The notes beneath the pieces are model-generated. The model was given only the letters and a program-made list of their open reading frames with translations, was not told the origin of the DNA and did no database searches. Below, piece after piece: positions 31,677 to 45,800 of a stretch of 64,000 bases of DNA (its first letter is position 1; every line of letters begins with the position of its first letter). The DNA is from Protoeuglena noctilucae (lineage: Eukaryota), in contig OY253678.1 in assembly GCA_958009085.1 (NCBI GenBank), positions 1 through 64,000 of the forward strand, written 5' to 3'. A program made the position numbers and the translations under genes.

Positions 31677-34326
31677 ATGTCAGACCCCGAGGATGGCAAG
31701 GAGGTGTTCGGCGGGCTGCCGACGATTCGGGGGACGATGGACGAGGTGCGACGTCCGATGTCGGGCGTGGTTTCCCAGTCTGCGTAGCCCTTGTGCATAT
31801 GTATGCTTACATGCATATGATAAGCTCCTATTGACTGCTTCGTAGACCCTGCGGCGTCAGTTCGTGGCTCACTGCCCTGCTCTTGCCTCGCAGGGGCAGA
31901 GATGGTGGGCGCAGGCTTTCCGGGTCGCGGCTATGATTCAGTCTGGCCTCGGTGGCATTCTCCTACTCATCGCGAGGGCACACCTGGTCGGGTTCCTCTC
32001 GTCGGCCCTCTGCACGGGAGGCGCTGTCGCAGGTGCGAGGATCGTCTCCGCAGCGCGATCTCAGCCGCTCGCACATCGCAATGCACACTCTTTGTTTTCT
32101 TGCGAGCCGGCGCTGCCGCGCTGAGCAGAGGATCGCGTCTCAAGGGTCGGTGCTGCTGCCCGCTGGCGCACGGCAGGGCTCATAGCCACGCCCAGCCGCG
32201 CTCCTTCCCACCGCAGGGCTTTTGGGCCTTCAGAAGAGGGGTCCGCGACTGCTGGGTCTGTCGCTGGTGTGCACGGTGGTCGCCTTCGTGCTCGCGTTCC
32301 GCCATGCCACGACCGTGGACCGGCTGGCGCGCTGGGACTGTGCGCTGGCGCAGCTGTCGCTGGCGGAGGATCAGATGGCCAATGACATCAAGGACATGCA
32401 CGTCAAGGCGAGAGATGGCTCAGTCGGCCACAGTGAGTGTCGGGTCCGCCGTCACCGCGAACAACGTAACAAATGTGCGTCTTCCTTTCTCCGCAGAGCC
32501 AGCTGGCCCTGAACGGCGTCAACCTCCGCCTCGGCACCCTCGACCACTATTTGACGGATCTCTTTGACACCATGCACCGGAACGTCACGGAGCTCAAGGC
32601 ACGGGACGCAAAGGTCGAGTTCTTCCGGAGGTGCGGATGGAATGCGAGGGGAGGGTTAGGTGCTTGGTTGACACGCCATGTAACTCGCTTACTTGCCAAC
32701 ACGATGCCATGCCTGCGTGCACCGTCCCACCGTCCTACCATGCCCCCCTTCCCTTCCCATCAACATGCCATGCTCGCATGCGCCGATTCATCTCCCCCAC
32801 TTGCAGGCTCTGGAAGAACGCAGACGCGGCGTACATCACCGACCGCCTGTCCCGGCTGGCCACGGTGGCCCACGAGCTGGCCAACAAGGCGGTGCTTGAC
32901 AGGGACTTCAAAGCAAAGCTCGAGGAGCTGACGCAGGGGGTGGGGAAGGCGCTGAGCGAGGGGTCGCGGCGGGAGCTGGAGGGGCAATTCGAGGGGATGA
33001 CCACGGCTGCGGCGCGGCTGGCCACGCGGCTGCAGCAGGCGGAGAGGCGGGGGTGGGCCATGTCAGGTGAGGGTGGGTGCGTGCGTGAGTGATGGCCACG
33101 GTTGCAGCCAGCGCATGCCATGACTCTGCTGAAGTGCCTTGGTCGTGTCATGCATGTGCTGCAGTGACTGGCACCCCGGGCAGCTTGACAAACTATCAGC
33201 CCACATGCAACAACATGCTCAGCATTGCACCCTGCCCCCCAATCCACCGTCATCCCCCGCAGCGGAGGACTACGAGGTGCTGACGCGTGAGCTGGACCAG
33301 GCGGTCCGCGCCGTGGTGGGGTACCTGGACTCTGTGGAGGGCCTGCCTGGGACAGCGGGGGCGGCTGCAGATCTGAAGAAGGCGATCAAGGAGACGGCGC
33401 CCATGCACACGGTCATGCACGACGTGGCGGTGATGAAGGACGCCCTCAGCCGTGCGGCCAGGCGAGGGGGGTGGGGGGTGGGAATGGAAGAGGGAGAGAG
33501 CACATAGCTAGGCAACAACAAATAGCTGGGGGTTTGTATAGGGGCTTCTATGCGATGGGATGGCGTGGGATGCGCTACGCGTGTGGATTGGCGAGAGTGG
33601 GTCACGGTGCCTGTGCATAGGGCGATGGCAATTGCGTTGCCCCCTCCCCGCAGTGGCGATGCCTTCTATGCCACGATGGAGATTGGCCCCGTGGATCGTG
33701 TGCGGGAAGGGTGGAACAAACGGTTCGAGAGCGCAGCGGGTGAGAGGGGCGGGGTGGGGAGGTGTCGACTAGTGTGCATTGGTCAAGAAGCGGGGTGGCA
33801 GTGAGGGTGGCAAGGAGGGTGGCAAGTGGATTGCCCCTGTAGCCACGTATATGTCTCTGCTTGCGTTGCCTGGATCAAATGCATCGACTCTGTCACATGT
33901 CACCATCCCCACAGACATGTCGGTGGACAGCGACAAGGCCCTGGGCCATCGGTACCCGGGTCTGTTGGGGGACCTGCCCCAGAAGTGCATCCAGCTGGCG
34001 AGGGAAGACATGGCACTCAGGTGAGAGATATATGCACATGCGCATATAGACACAGGCAAGTTAGGGCGTGTGCATGCGGGTGTGCATAACACACGATAGG
34101 CACGCCACGCAGCTCTCTGTGAGAAGGTGAGGATGCCCCGTCGTCTGTGTTTTACCACACCGCTCCCTACACCAGCCTCTGTCCAACTCACATCGCTCCC
34201 TGCACCGTTCCCTGCACCGGCCCTGTCCATCCCACACCGCACCACTCTCTCTGCAGGTGGCTCATGGTCCCTCTAGTGGGTGTCATGGCATTCGGCATCT
34301 ACGCGGCTTCCGCTGCACTCTTCTGA
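31677..34326 (+). CDS. Uncharacterised membrane protein with a predicted 3+1 TM layout and a large helical loop
   Basis: Frame-consistent exons from MSDPEDGKE to WLMVPLVGVMAFGIYAASAALF*. Three N-terminal hydrophobic segments, an amphipathic/coiled-coil middle and one C-terminal hydrophobic segment. Confidence 0.7.
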
Positions 34327-34741
34327 GATCCACAGGGGCGCTGGCGGTGCGACAGTGTTAACTGTGCTTGTTGGGTCTGGCTGCGGGCGAGGTGCACGGT
34401 GCGCATGCCGGCGGCCATTTCAACGACCGTTGCAACTCGAATGCGCGGAATGTGCAAGTCATTTGCATGAAACGGCGGGGCAGAGTAGACAGGGTGATAT
34501 TCATGGCACCCTTACGCAAAAGGCAGCAGCAGCTGAGACGGAACTCACACGCCGTCCTTATGACTCAGAAGCAACTAGGACGCGACTGACCGTCCTGATG
34601 ACTAGACCGTGCAGGTCGAGACCAGCTAAGGCCGCTAAGTGGACTCCACTCCCTTATTCGACATTTCAATTCCACATTCCATTCATGCCATATACCATTC
34701 CCCCTCAGCTGCCCCCCCTTCCCACCATACTCCCCTGCCCT

Positions 34742-37334
34742 TCACGCCTCCTTGCGCCGTGGGATGAGTCGCACCGGCATGCGGTGTCGCATGTGGATCC
34801 AGGGGCTGGCACCCCACACCAGGCGCTCGTCCTCGAGAACCACATCGTAATTGTCCAGCAACTCCGCCATCATCTGTTGGGGGGGGGATAGGCGGGGTGG
34901 TGGGTGTGGCTGGGTGCAGATGTGAGAGTGGGTGGGTGCAGATGGAGTGGACGGAGGCAGACATTGGTTGGTAACTCGAGGTACACGACATCTATCCATG
35001 CATGCCACCTGTGCCACCCATGCCATGTCTAATGCCACTCCTGCCGTGTCTCACCACGCGCGACTCGAGGAACACAACACTCACTCATGCCATGTCTCAT
35101 TCCACCCCTGCCACCCCCGCCGCGTCTCACCACGCGCGACTCCAGGTACACCACCTCGGTCCCCCCGCACATGCGCGACCCGGTGGAGAAGGGCATGTAG
35201 TGCTGGGGACGCGTCTTGTCATCCAGCCAACGCTGCAGGGTGCGAGGGGGGCGAGGGGGCATCTCACATCTCACACACTCCGCCAATAGGAAAGATACGA
35301 ATAGAGTGGTAGACAATCAAATACACAGGTGCCAATCACAGCAGTGCGACCCTCGTCACCCACACGTCTCTCTTACCTTGGGGTTGAATCCCTCCATGGG
35401 CGACATGCCCCTGGGCAGCGCCTTGCCCCCGTTGCCCTCCCCCACCACCAGCTCTCTGTCCGACGCAGTGAGAGCCGGGTCGGTGAGGTGCGCCACGTTG
35501 AGTCCCACCACGATGGCCATGCCCTTGGGGATGTCGTAGCCGTCCACCTGCACGTCCTCGGTCGCGTGGTAAAGCGCCGCCTGGGCAGTGGGGCGGATCC
35601 TGGGAGGGGGTGGGGTGGGGTGAGATGAGGGAAGGGCGGGAGGTCGGCTGGGAAGTACAAAGACTAAAGAATAGCTATCGACACCCACTGGTAGTACATA
35701 GACTAAAGAATAGCTATCGACTCTCTACTCTTGGCTGAGAATGTCCACATCAATATCCACTCTCACCTGAGGATCTCCACATGTAACATCCACATCATCT
35801 CTCACCTCAAAATCTCCTTCAGAAACGCCTCCATCAGCGGCAGGTGCTTCTGCCCCTCCCGGCTGAAGAGCGCGTGGGGGTCCGCCCGCAGTGCCTCGGC
35901 CATCGCCGACCGGGCAGCCGCCAACTCCGCGCGCATCTCCTCCGTCAGGTCGGGGAAGCGGGCCAGCATGAACGCTGCGGGTGGCAGACATATCGACGTC
36001 ATGTCAGATGGAAGGCCCACCAATCCGTTCCATCCATTCTCAGCAGCACTGAGGGACCAGCCTCGACACAGAAAGGGGTGGGCTCGTCACTCACACCCCG
36101 CGCCCCACCCCCACCCCCACCGCCCACTCACCACAGAGGCAGAGGTGGCCGACGGTGGTGTGCGTGGCGCCGTGGATGATGCCTAAGGAGTTGTCCACGA
36201 AGGACTGCCACGTGAGGCCCTTGGGGCCCTCCCCGTTCGCGGCCAGCTCGGCCGCAAAGCACTCCGCCACGCTGCGCCAGGTTCCTGGGCTGTCCGGGCC
36301 CCTCGCGCGCGCCTCCTCAACCAGTCGCTTCAGGTGCGGCGTCACGGCCTCCTGAAAGCGCGCCCGCGCCTGCCGCGAGCGGTAGTGCAGCGTGCCGGGC
36401 ACGTAGGGCAGGGGCTCGACGGTCGGCATCACCATGGCCTCCTGCTGCAACAGCACGATGCGCTCAACCTCCGCACGATCCAGGTGCCGCGCCACGTCGC
36501 CCAATGAGACGTGCAGCGCCACGTCCATGGCGATAGAGTGAGCGACGTCCTGGAAGTGCACCGATCGATTCGAAGCGTCTGCCAGGCGACGCCCGATCAT
36601 ATCCACGAAGGCGCCCGCGGATCCCAGCACCGCCGACCCCAGCGCGCGCATGATGATGGTGCGCTGCTGCATGTGCACCGGCTCCCCGTGCATGCCCATG
36701 CCCTCGTGCCCGGTCACGTGCTTCAGCCACGAGGGGAAGCGGTGCTCCACGCCATTGCCCTCCCGCGCGACGAGCTTGCGGGCAAAGTCACCCGAAACCA
36801 CCACCGCCGGGGTGAAGAAGAGGTGGCAGTAGAAGATGGGGCCGTACTTGGCCAGATGATCGTACCAAAAGGTCATAGGGTTTCTGTTGTGGCTCTCGCC
36901 GAACTCGGCCGTCTCCCCGATGATGGGCAGGACGCCGATGTAGCGGCCCGGCGGCAGTCGCTTGTAGCGGAGGCGCAGGTACGCGTAGCGGATGGTCTGG
37001 GCGACCAGCAGCGCCACGTATCCGCCGATCAGGGCGCTTCCCAGGGCGATGGCACCGCGCGCAACGACGAAGATCAGATAGAGGAGCCTGCGAGGGAGGA
37101 ATGGGCAACTCACGTATGCATGGTGGCGTCGATCGTGGAGGTGAGCTCGCCGCCCGCGGGCCGCTCTCGGTGTCGGGGGTAGGGCCGCCCGCGAGATCGA
37201 CAAACGAACACGCCTCCGCAAAGCAAAGGCCGTCACCATCCGGAGGTGGTCCCCGTCGCCATGATCCGCGTCCAGCTGTCCACGACGGCGGACGCGGCCT
37301 GGAGGGCGGTGGAGCGGGCGATCGTGGGCGCCAT
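34742..37334 (-). CDS. Cytochrome P450 (CYP85-clan/CYP120-like)
   Basis: N-terminal anchor, LPPG..GVLPIIGETAEF, KYGPIFYCHLF, I-helix IIHGATHTT, ExxR (KEILR), VDGYDIPKG, FNPK|RW, heme motif YMPFSTGSRMCGG. Confidence 0.93.
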
Positions 37335-37558
37335 CGCGACGCTTGGCCCGTGTCCACGCCGCGTCACGGCCACAAGCGCGATGGATGTATCGCGCAAGGA
37401 TCGGCTTAACCCGTGTCAGAAGTTACAAAGATGCGAGTTTGTGGGGAAAAAGCGGTCTTGCAGCCGGAAATAAAGCACGGATTTGTCAGCCAGTCGTCAT
37501 CAGTGCCAGACGACGCGATTTCAATGCGCTCAGCAACGATCAGCTGTCGGGAATTCAT

Positions 37559-39360
37559 TCACGATACGTTCACGACGCCCGGCTCCCGCCCCGCGAGCGC
37601 TCTGTAGGTGACGAAGGGCAGCGTGTCGACTGCGCGCTGCAGCACGAACACGGCCGCCTGGAACGCCACATGGACGGCGATGGGGAGCTCGGGGACGCCG
37701 CGCTCGACGGCGAAGACGAGGTTTTGCTGCGGGGGCGGGGTTAAGGGGGTTGACGCGGGCTGGCGGCACAGGGGAGCGCACCGGCCAGTGTGACTGCCGC
37801 GTCACGCAACCACCCAGCGCTAGCTCGGCCCCTGCCGCATTCGGCACCTGCAGGAGGCGGTTGGCGCCTTCCAGGAGCCTTGCGGTTACCAGGCACAGAA
37901 CCACGGGCAGGATGACGCCCCACCGTCGCCCCCGCACGACCTCCGTCGACCTCTTCAGCGCTGCCCTCCCCTCTGCGCCCTCCAGCACCGCGACCTGCGA
38001 ATGTGGGGCATGGAGGGGTATGTATGTGAGACACACCCTCACTGTTACAGCAAGGAAGGGTCTCAGGTGATTAGCAAAGGCGCAAACACAGGAGAGACGG
38101 TGGGCATCCACGCATAGCACGTTGCACAGCGCATCACACACCTGCTGGCTGAGCTGGATGTCAGCCATGCGGGGGAGGGTCCACGGCGCTGTGACAACGA
38201 GGAGCGACAGTGCTTGGAGCGGCAGCATGTGGAGTGTAAATAGGGCCTCCACCACCGCCACGCGACGCCACAGGGGCAGCGCTGACGGCCACTGGGCTGA
38301 GACTGCCGACACCGATGCCTGAGGGGATGGGAGGAATGGGAAGGGCTTGCATGGAGACGAGGGTGGGCACGGCGAGGAGGCGACTTGCAATGCGGGAGTG
38401 GCACGGCTGCAAACATCGTCAGCACTGCTGCGCGACCAGCCCTCACCCGCACCGCCGCCACCCATCCCTTGCCGCTCCCATCCTTCACATCTCCGCTCCC
38501 CTCGCTTTGTCCCTCTCCCTTACCCCCATCCTGTCCCTCCTTTTCCCCCTTCTGCCCCTCCCCTGCCCCCTGCGCATCAACATCCACCCCCACCGCCTGC
38601 GTCCCACCCTGGGGTGCCCTGGGCCACACCATGAGCGAGCCGCCCTCTTCGATTCGCCTGTCCGCCTCCTGCCGCAGCGTCAGGGTCGCGAGGGCACCGG
38701 CGAGGGACCTCACGGCAAAGACGGCGGGGAGGGAAAGGGCGAAGAATGCGAGCATGGTGAGGTTGTAGGGGGAGAGGAATGCGTTCACGGTGTAGTCCGC
38801 CACGGCCCACCAGGGATTGAAGATGAGATCAGAGGGAACGCCGAGGAAGGCGACGGCGACGGCATTGGTCAGCCTGTGGGGGGAATGGCGGGAGTGTGTA
38901 CATATGACGGGGGATGGTTGATCGCAGGGGTGCCGTTGCCACCGTGTGAATGACACCATGCGAAGTGATGTCATTTGCTGCGAATGACTCGCCTGTGGGA
39001 GATGCGGTGGATGAGGAAGACGAGGCCCTCGCCCACGATCGCGCATACCGCGAGAGGGCCGAAGCACTGGCGCAGGCAGGAGGACGCGCCCGCCAGGAGC
39101 TGCAGCCACAGGCGGCCGCGGAGGAAACGAGGGAACCAGGGAGGCTCGAAGGCCGCGCAATCCGCGGGCGGTGAGAGGGGGCCGGGCTCGTCGGACCCTG
39201 CCGCGACGGGCGGTGCGCGCCGCGATGGCTCGAGGAGATGCGGGCGGGAGACACCTCCACGCAGTACGGAAGGTGATGAACTCGAGATCGCGCAGGCCGC
39301 ACCGACGCTGCGGCGCTGACGTGCGCTGGGCGCCCGCGCCACGATGCGGGCCCCCTGCAT
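37559..39360 (-). CDS. Integral membrane protein, DUF975/GPDPase-membrane-domain-like, probable plastid transit peptide
   Basis: Several hydrophobic helices and the motif VAVLEGAEGRAALKRSTEVVRGRRW; Ser/Arg/Ala-rich N-terminus; ends VVNVS*. Confidence 0.6.
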
Positions 39361-39815
39361 CAGCGCCCCGCGTCGTGATCCTGCGCGCACGCGGGTCCGC
39401 GAGGTAAGGACGACAACTTGGCAAGACTACAAGGCCGCTTGAGGCAAAAGGGGGCGCATCGCGTACGAGAGGAACGAACGCGGGCGCTCCGTATCCCCGC
39501 ATCCCTGCAAAGCATCTGGTGGCGCACCCGACTCTCCCTTGGCTGCATGAGCCCCGATTCTTTGACCATGTATGTCCATCGTCACGCCGACGTCGCCATG
39601 CGACGGTCAGGGACCCGAGGAGGGCAGCTGCACTTTACCGGTACCAGGCGAAGTGACTTTGCCGTCCACCGCTGGCTCTTTTTCGCTTGTTTCGGACAAC
39701 CTAGCTTACTCTCGTGACTGGATGCATTCAAATCTATTCCTACGCGTGGAATCCGTCACATGAGTCAGAACATCCCGCCAGTCTCGCAGCGAAGCGTCAG
39801 TGGCCACACAGCGCC

Positions 39816-42800
39816 CTATCGGCGGTACGGCGTGCCGTTGGCGTCGTAGTAGTTCTGCCCGCTCGCGTCGTAATAGCCCCCGTCGTACGCCCCATAGCCC
39901 GACGCATTGGCATACGCAGCAGGGTCGCCCTCCTGAGGACTTCCGAAATACTCCCCAGGGGTGTAGTTGCCACCCTGGTCATAGTACCCACCCTGCGCGT
40001 CGTAGTACCCACCCTGGGCGTCGTAGTAACCCCCTTGAGCATCATAGTAACCCCCCTGCTCGTCGTAATACCCTCCCTGCTCATCGTAGTACCCCTGCCC
40101 CTCGTACCCCTGTCCCTGGTCATACCCCGTCTGCACCTGCCCCTCCCGGCCATCGTACCCCGCATCGTAGTAACCCCCCTGCGCCCCCGACTGGTCGTAG
40201 TAACCGCCCTGGTAGGCAGGGTCCTCGTAAGCATCCGCCGTGCGACCCCCGTAGCCACGCTTGTCGCGCGTGTACGGCGCACCGGCCGGCGTAGCGTACG
40301 CCTCCGCCCCGGCGGCGCCCATTCCGGCGCGGGGGTCGTCGCGGCGGGCAGCTGCCCCCGCGCCCCACCCGTCCCTCTGCTCCGCCTCGTAGCCGTACGT
40401 GCGCTGGGGGTCGGGGGCCGGGCCGCGCTGCGAGAGGGTCTGCGCCAGGCGACGGGCGCCCTGCGGGGATGCGAGTGCAGGGGAGACTGAGCGGGGATGA
40501 AGCTGGGCTGCTTTGCAAAGGGCGGCAGTTAGGGCGGGCGAGTGGCACTAAGCCATGCGAGAAGGTGGGACAGGTGCATGGAGCGGGAGAGCAGAACAGT
40601 CGACAATGCGTCGCAAGCTGCCATCGCCCCTCGCCTCGGTGGCAGCGGCCAGCCCCTGGGCGCCTGCCGCGGCGGCGTAGCGTGCGGCCGATGTCGCCTG
40701 CTCCGCCAGGGAAGCAAAGACGCTGGGTCCCTGGGGAGCCTGGTCCTGGCGGGGCGGTAGAGGAGCCGGGGCGCGGGGCGGGAGGGGCGCGGGCAGCTGG
40801 CGGGGTGCCGGCTGCCACGCCTGCCCCCTCACGCCCGCGGCCAGGTTGAGCACGGACTGTGCTACGCCCTGGAGGGCGCTGGCGAGGGCGGGTGCGGCCC
40901 GGGCGGCTGCGTTCCACGCGGTTAAACCGAGGTTCTGGATCTGGTGGAACTGGGCGGGGGCGGTGAGGGTGGCGGCGGCCGCGGCGGGCGTGATGTCGGT
41001 GAGGGAGATCCACTCGGGGTCGATCATGCGCAGGCCCTGGGGATGGAAGGGAGGGGAAGGGAGGTGACTGGTTGCTGATGGTGAGAGGTGGTTATTAATG
41101 GTGCAGGAAGGGGCAAGGTCTGGTGCAGGGTGGGAAGGAGTGATGGGTAGGGTGGGAGTGAGCGATGGGCGAGGCGCATGTGGTGGTATGGTGGTGTCGA
41201 TAACCACAGCTCGCACGCCCCTCGCCTCGTCGATGCGCAGGGGCAGGTGGATGCGCCTGTCCTCCTCAATGTGCCTCGCGCGCGCGTCTGCCACCTCCGC
41301 CACCAGGTCCACCCCGTCCAACCCCAGGCCCCGCTGCAGCCGCGCCCGCACGAGGCCCTGCGCCATGTCCAGGTCCCAGGGGGTGAGGTTCTCGCCCAAC
41401 GCCTCCAGGAGCACCTGGGGTGAGGTGGAAAGGGTCAAGGTGTCAGTTCTTGGATGCACGGGGGTGGCTGGGTGCCTGCGAGATGTGCCAGATGTGTACC
41501 GCATCACGCCGTGCCTTGCAATGCAACCGTGCGCAACGCCGTACGCATTCCGACACCAAGCAACATGACTCGTCACAATCATCACCCCTCCCCCGCCCCC
41601 TCACCTCGTCGACCTCGTCCACCTCCCGCTCCTCCGCCCGGCTTCGATCGCCCTTGTCCGCCATCCCCAGCCCCGGCTTCGGCAGCGCCGCGATGCGCCG
41701 CAGCCGCGACGACGCCAGCACCCGAGCCACAACCGGGTCCGAGGGCATCGACCCCGACTCAGCGGGGAGGTTGGCGTCCACCGCGGGCATCAGCCGGCCG
41801 TGCCGACTGCGCCGCGCCCACTCCCGCGCCAGGTACAGCGGTTCGTCGGTCAAGGCGTACGACAGCGGGCCACGCACCACCCCGGCCAGCAGCGCCTCGG
41901 GCCACGACATCCGCGCGCCACGCGACCCCCTCCGTGCGCCGGCCGAGTCCCACCGCCCCGACGACCCCCCCGACCGCATGTCCTGCCACCCCGCCCCAGC
42001 TTGCCCCGCCTGCATCGGGACCGGCCCCATCGTGGGGGCGCGGCCCAGCGGGGCCCGGGGCCGCTCCAGCGCCTCTGCGACCGGGCGGGCGCGCGCCCCC
42101 TGCATCGCTGCCACCTCCTGCGTCGCCGTGGAGTCCGCCGCTGGGTCCTTGCCGTGACCCCCGGGGTGGTCCCTGGCGGGGTGACCCGTGCTGGCATTGG
42201 CACTAGCATTGGCAGTGGGGTTGTGGACACCGGGGTTGGCCGCTCCTGCTCCTGCTGAGGGGGCACCGGGGGCGCCCTGCCCAGCACCGGCCGCTGCCCC
42301 GGGTCCGCGGGGAGCAGCAGTAGAGCCGGGCGTGCGTGCCGGTTGCCGTGGGACGTGCTTGCGCTTGTAAGCCCTCTCTGCCCACGCCACAAAAGCGGAG
42401 GTGCCCCGGAACGCGCGGAATGCGATGAGGGTGACCTCGACGGCGAACATGGCGAGGCACAGGAGGAGTGCCCCGAAGGCGTCTGCCTGGAAGTATCGGG
42501 TGCCGCTGAAGCGGGCGGAGCGGTCGTAGTTGGAGGCGGGCTGGACCTGAAGGGGTGGGGTGTGAGAGGGGTTGAGGTGAGAGGGGTAGGTGTGGGAGGG
42601 GTGGGCATGAGGGGGGTGAATTCTGAGAGGGGGTTGCGCATTGGTAATCAGGTGACAGTACGAGAGGTGCAGTGGTGGAGAGTCGATGTGTGAGTGGGGT
42701 GCGACGGAGATGGGAAGGTGTGGGTCCGTGACACGCGGTGGCTGGACAGGCACAGCGCATTGACAGCAGCGACAGCTGTGATGAAAGTGCGAGAGACGAT

Positions 42801-45800
42801 TGCTCACCGCTGGTTTGGTGCCCGTCTTCTGTTCCACGGAGGGGGTGACGAAGTAGCTGAGCTGCCAGAAGGCCACGATGCTGCGGGGGAGGGGGGGCTT
42901 GTGACGATGAACGGTGAGGGGAGGGGGCGAGGGTGACTATGGTGGGGACTAGCATAGTGGGGATGACGTGACAAGCATGGGTTGTGCATGCGTGAACACA
43001 TGCGTTGCGTCGCTCCCATGCACAGGCAGGCAGCCACCTGCATCAACGCCACTCACATCGCCCTTACTCATGCACATGCCAACACTCCCCCTCCCATCGC
43101 TCACCAGTGCAGGAAGAGCCCCAGCCGCAGCAGCCCCGCGGCCGCCATGGCCACCGTCGCCCCCAGGTGCGCGTGCTTGCGGGTGCGCCGGAGCAGCACG
43201 TCCCGGTCCCACAGCAGCTGGGCCAGCACACGCAGGGTGGCGATGAGGAGCAGGAAGGGGTAGCCGGCGCCGTAGGTGAGGGCCACGAGGACCACAGCGA
43301 GCAGATTGCCCCACTCGAGGCCGGCGGCGAAGTGGGGGCCGGCAAAGGCGGCGTTGAGCTCCAGCTGCGTCAAGGCGTGGGACAGGCCGCGCTGGGGGGG
43401 CGAGAGGGAGGGGGGTGGGTTTTTGTACTTTATTGAGCCATCATCGTCTCAAGACAAGCACCGGTGGATGTTTGAATGAACGAGTGGGGACATCCGTCAT
43501 TGCACAGCGCAAGGTGTGAGTGCAGCATGGGCAAGGAAGCGTGACGTAGCGTGCGCGTGTTGCAGTCTCGCCAAGCCAACCCCTTTAACAAAACCCAGCC
43601 CCGTGCCCTCACCGCCCTGTGGCTGGTGTAGAAGAGCCGGGTGAAGAGCGGCACGGCCGCGACCCCCGCGAGAGTGAGGCTGAGGGGCCCCCCCACCGTC
43701 TGATACCACGACGTGCTCAGATCCGCCACGCTCCCCGACCCAAACCACCCCTTGGTTCCCTGGCTGAGCCAGTGGATGCGCAAATCAGCAAAGGAGTCGG
43801 CGCCAACGACCAGGAATGCCTGGGCTAATGCCACCTTGAGCATGACCCCTCGCGTGGCTTCGTCGGCGGTGGGGGCGGACTCTCCGGTGCTGAGGGAGCA
43901 AAGGAGGGGCTGGAGGAGGAAGGAGAGGACGGCGACGCAGGCGGAGGAGGAGTAGCGGACCAACTGGCGCACGGACGACGAGCTCTGGCCTGCAGAGGGG
44001 GTGGGGATGTTGGTGGGGGGTGGTGGGAGGTGAGGGTGTGTGGTGGGGTGATGTGGGGGTGTGGCTCGGGTGTTGTGATGGAACACCCGCATGCTGCCGA
44101 CGTGATAGCAAACACCAGAGTGCGTTTCAAGTTATCGTGTGCACCCCTGCGCCCCCTCTCACCCGTCTCCTCCATCTGTCGGTACTTGCGCCTCAGGGCA
44201 GCGCACATGAACCAGCCGCCGATGCACTGCAGGGGGTGGGGAGAGAGATGTTAGATCTTTTTTACACACAAAGCTGGGGTGAGGTGAGAGGTGGCAGTGA
44301 CTGGGGTGGCAGTGACTGAGGTGGCAGTGACTGGGGTGGCAGTGACGGAGGCCCATGCCACGCTCACCAGCACGAAGGCGAGGACCCAGGTGAATGCGGA
44401 GAGGAACCACGTGGACCCGGCGAACATACGGGCGCGGAGGTACGCGCGGGGACTGCGGGGGGAGATGGGAAGGGGTTGTTGTGGTCGCGGTTGACACGAT
44501 GCGATGCGATGCGGGTGCCTCGGTTGCCCTGACGCCACACCATGGCATGCGACACGCAACTAGCCACGTTCCCCTAGACAACCAGCCACGTTCCCCTGCA
44601 CATTTAGCCAGCCTTGCTGGCCCCTGCACAAACAGCCCCAACCACCGCCCCCCTCGCCTGGCGGCCGGTGCCAAGCGGACGCGCGCGCGGCGGAAGGCGA
44701 GTCCCCCCCTCTCCCCCACTGCCAGGAAGGCGTCGCGGTCCGCCTCCCACGCGAATGTGACCAGCGCACCGAGGCACGCGGGGTCGCTGCGGCTTTTGAG
44801 TTTGTCGATGGCGGCGTCGAGCCTCCCCATGGCCTGCCCCAGCTCCTTCACGTGCCCCGCCCGGCCCTGACGGCGCATGGCGGCCGCGCGGGCGCGCCCC
44901 AGCACGCCCTCCAGCCACTGGCGCTCCCGCAGAGCCCACATCAGCTCCCTGCATGCGGCGAAGGACACAGGGGAGTATACTACAAGCGACCGTACCGCAT
45001 GTGCAAGCGTGGGTATGCCTCAGCCCATGCCGGCAACGGGCACGCTATCATCCATTTCCAACCCGTTATTGTAACACCCCCCATTTGCCAGTCTGACATC
45101 CCCCATCTGCTTCGCCAGTCACCCCTTGCAATGGTCACCTGTCGTCGAGCAGCAGGTGGCACTCCACTACCATGGCCCCCCCCGCGGCCTTTCCGGCCCA
45201 GTCGGCGACCTCAGCGGCGGTCATCTGGCGGCGGGGCAGCCTCTGGACCAGGGCCGTGAAGCGCGACACCTCGTAGGGGGACTTGAGGGAGGCGCGCTCG
45301 GCATCGACACGACGGGCGGCGGCCACGGCGGCAAAGGCGTAGACGCACGCGGCGAACACCAGGGCACTGGGGGTGGGGGTGGGGATGGGGGTGGGTGGGG
45401 GTTGGGTGGCAGGGTCGTGAGAGAAGGGGAGCGGTGGTAAAGGCGGCTTGTGGGGTGTGTTGATGGTGCCAAGCGAATGCGAGACTGCATGCCCATAGCT
45501 CACCCCAACCGAGCAAATGCATGACTGCACGCTTACAGCTCACCCCAGTCGAGTTAATGCATGTAAGGTGCACGCTCACAGCTCACCCGAACAGCACAAA
45601 CCCCTGCACGATGTAGAGGAAATTCTCGATGGGGATTGTGGTCTTCGCTCCCGCGCCGAACATGTCGATGCGTCGCTGGAAGTTCTCTTGCGCAGACAGC
45701 GTGGTGTCCCAGAGGAGGGCGCCGAGGCTGGCGCCGGCGGGCTGGGGGGGCGCGCGCGTGAACTTGAACACGCCCACGTCACTGACGGCCGCACCCGTCG

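Noticed and set aside
34575..34625. Hammerhead-like CTGATGA flanked by two hairpins
   Set aside because: GAGA instead of GAAA, no stem III and no properly placed NUH cleavage triplet.
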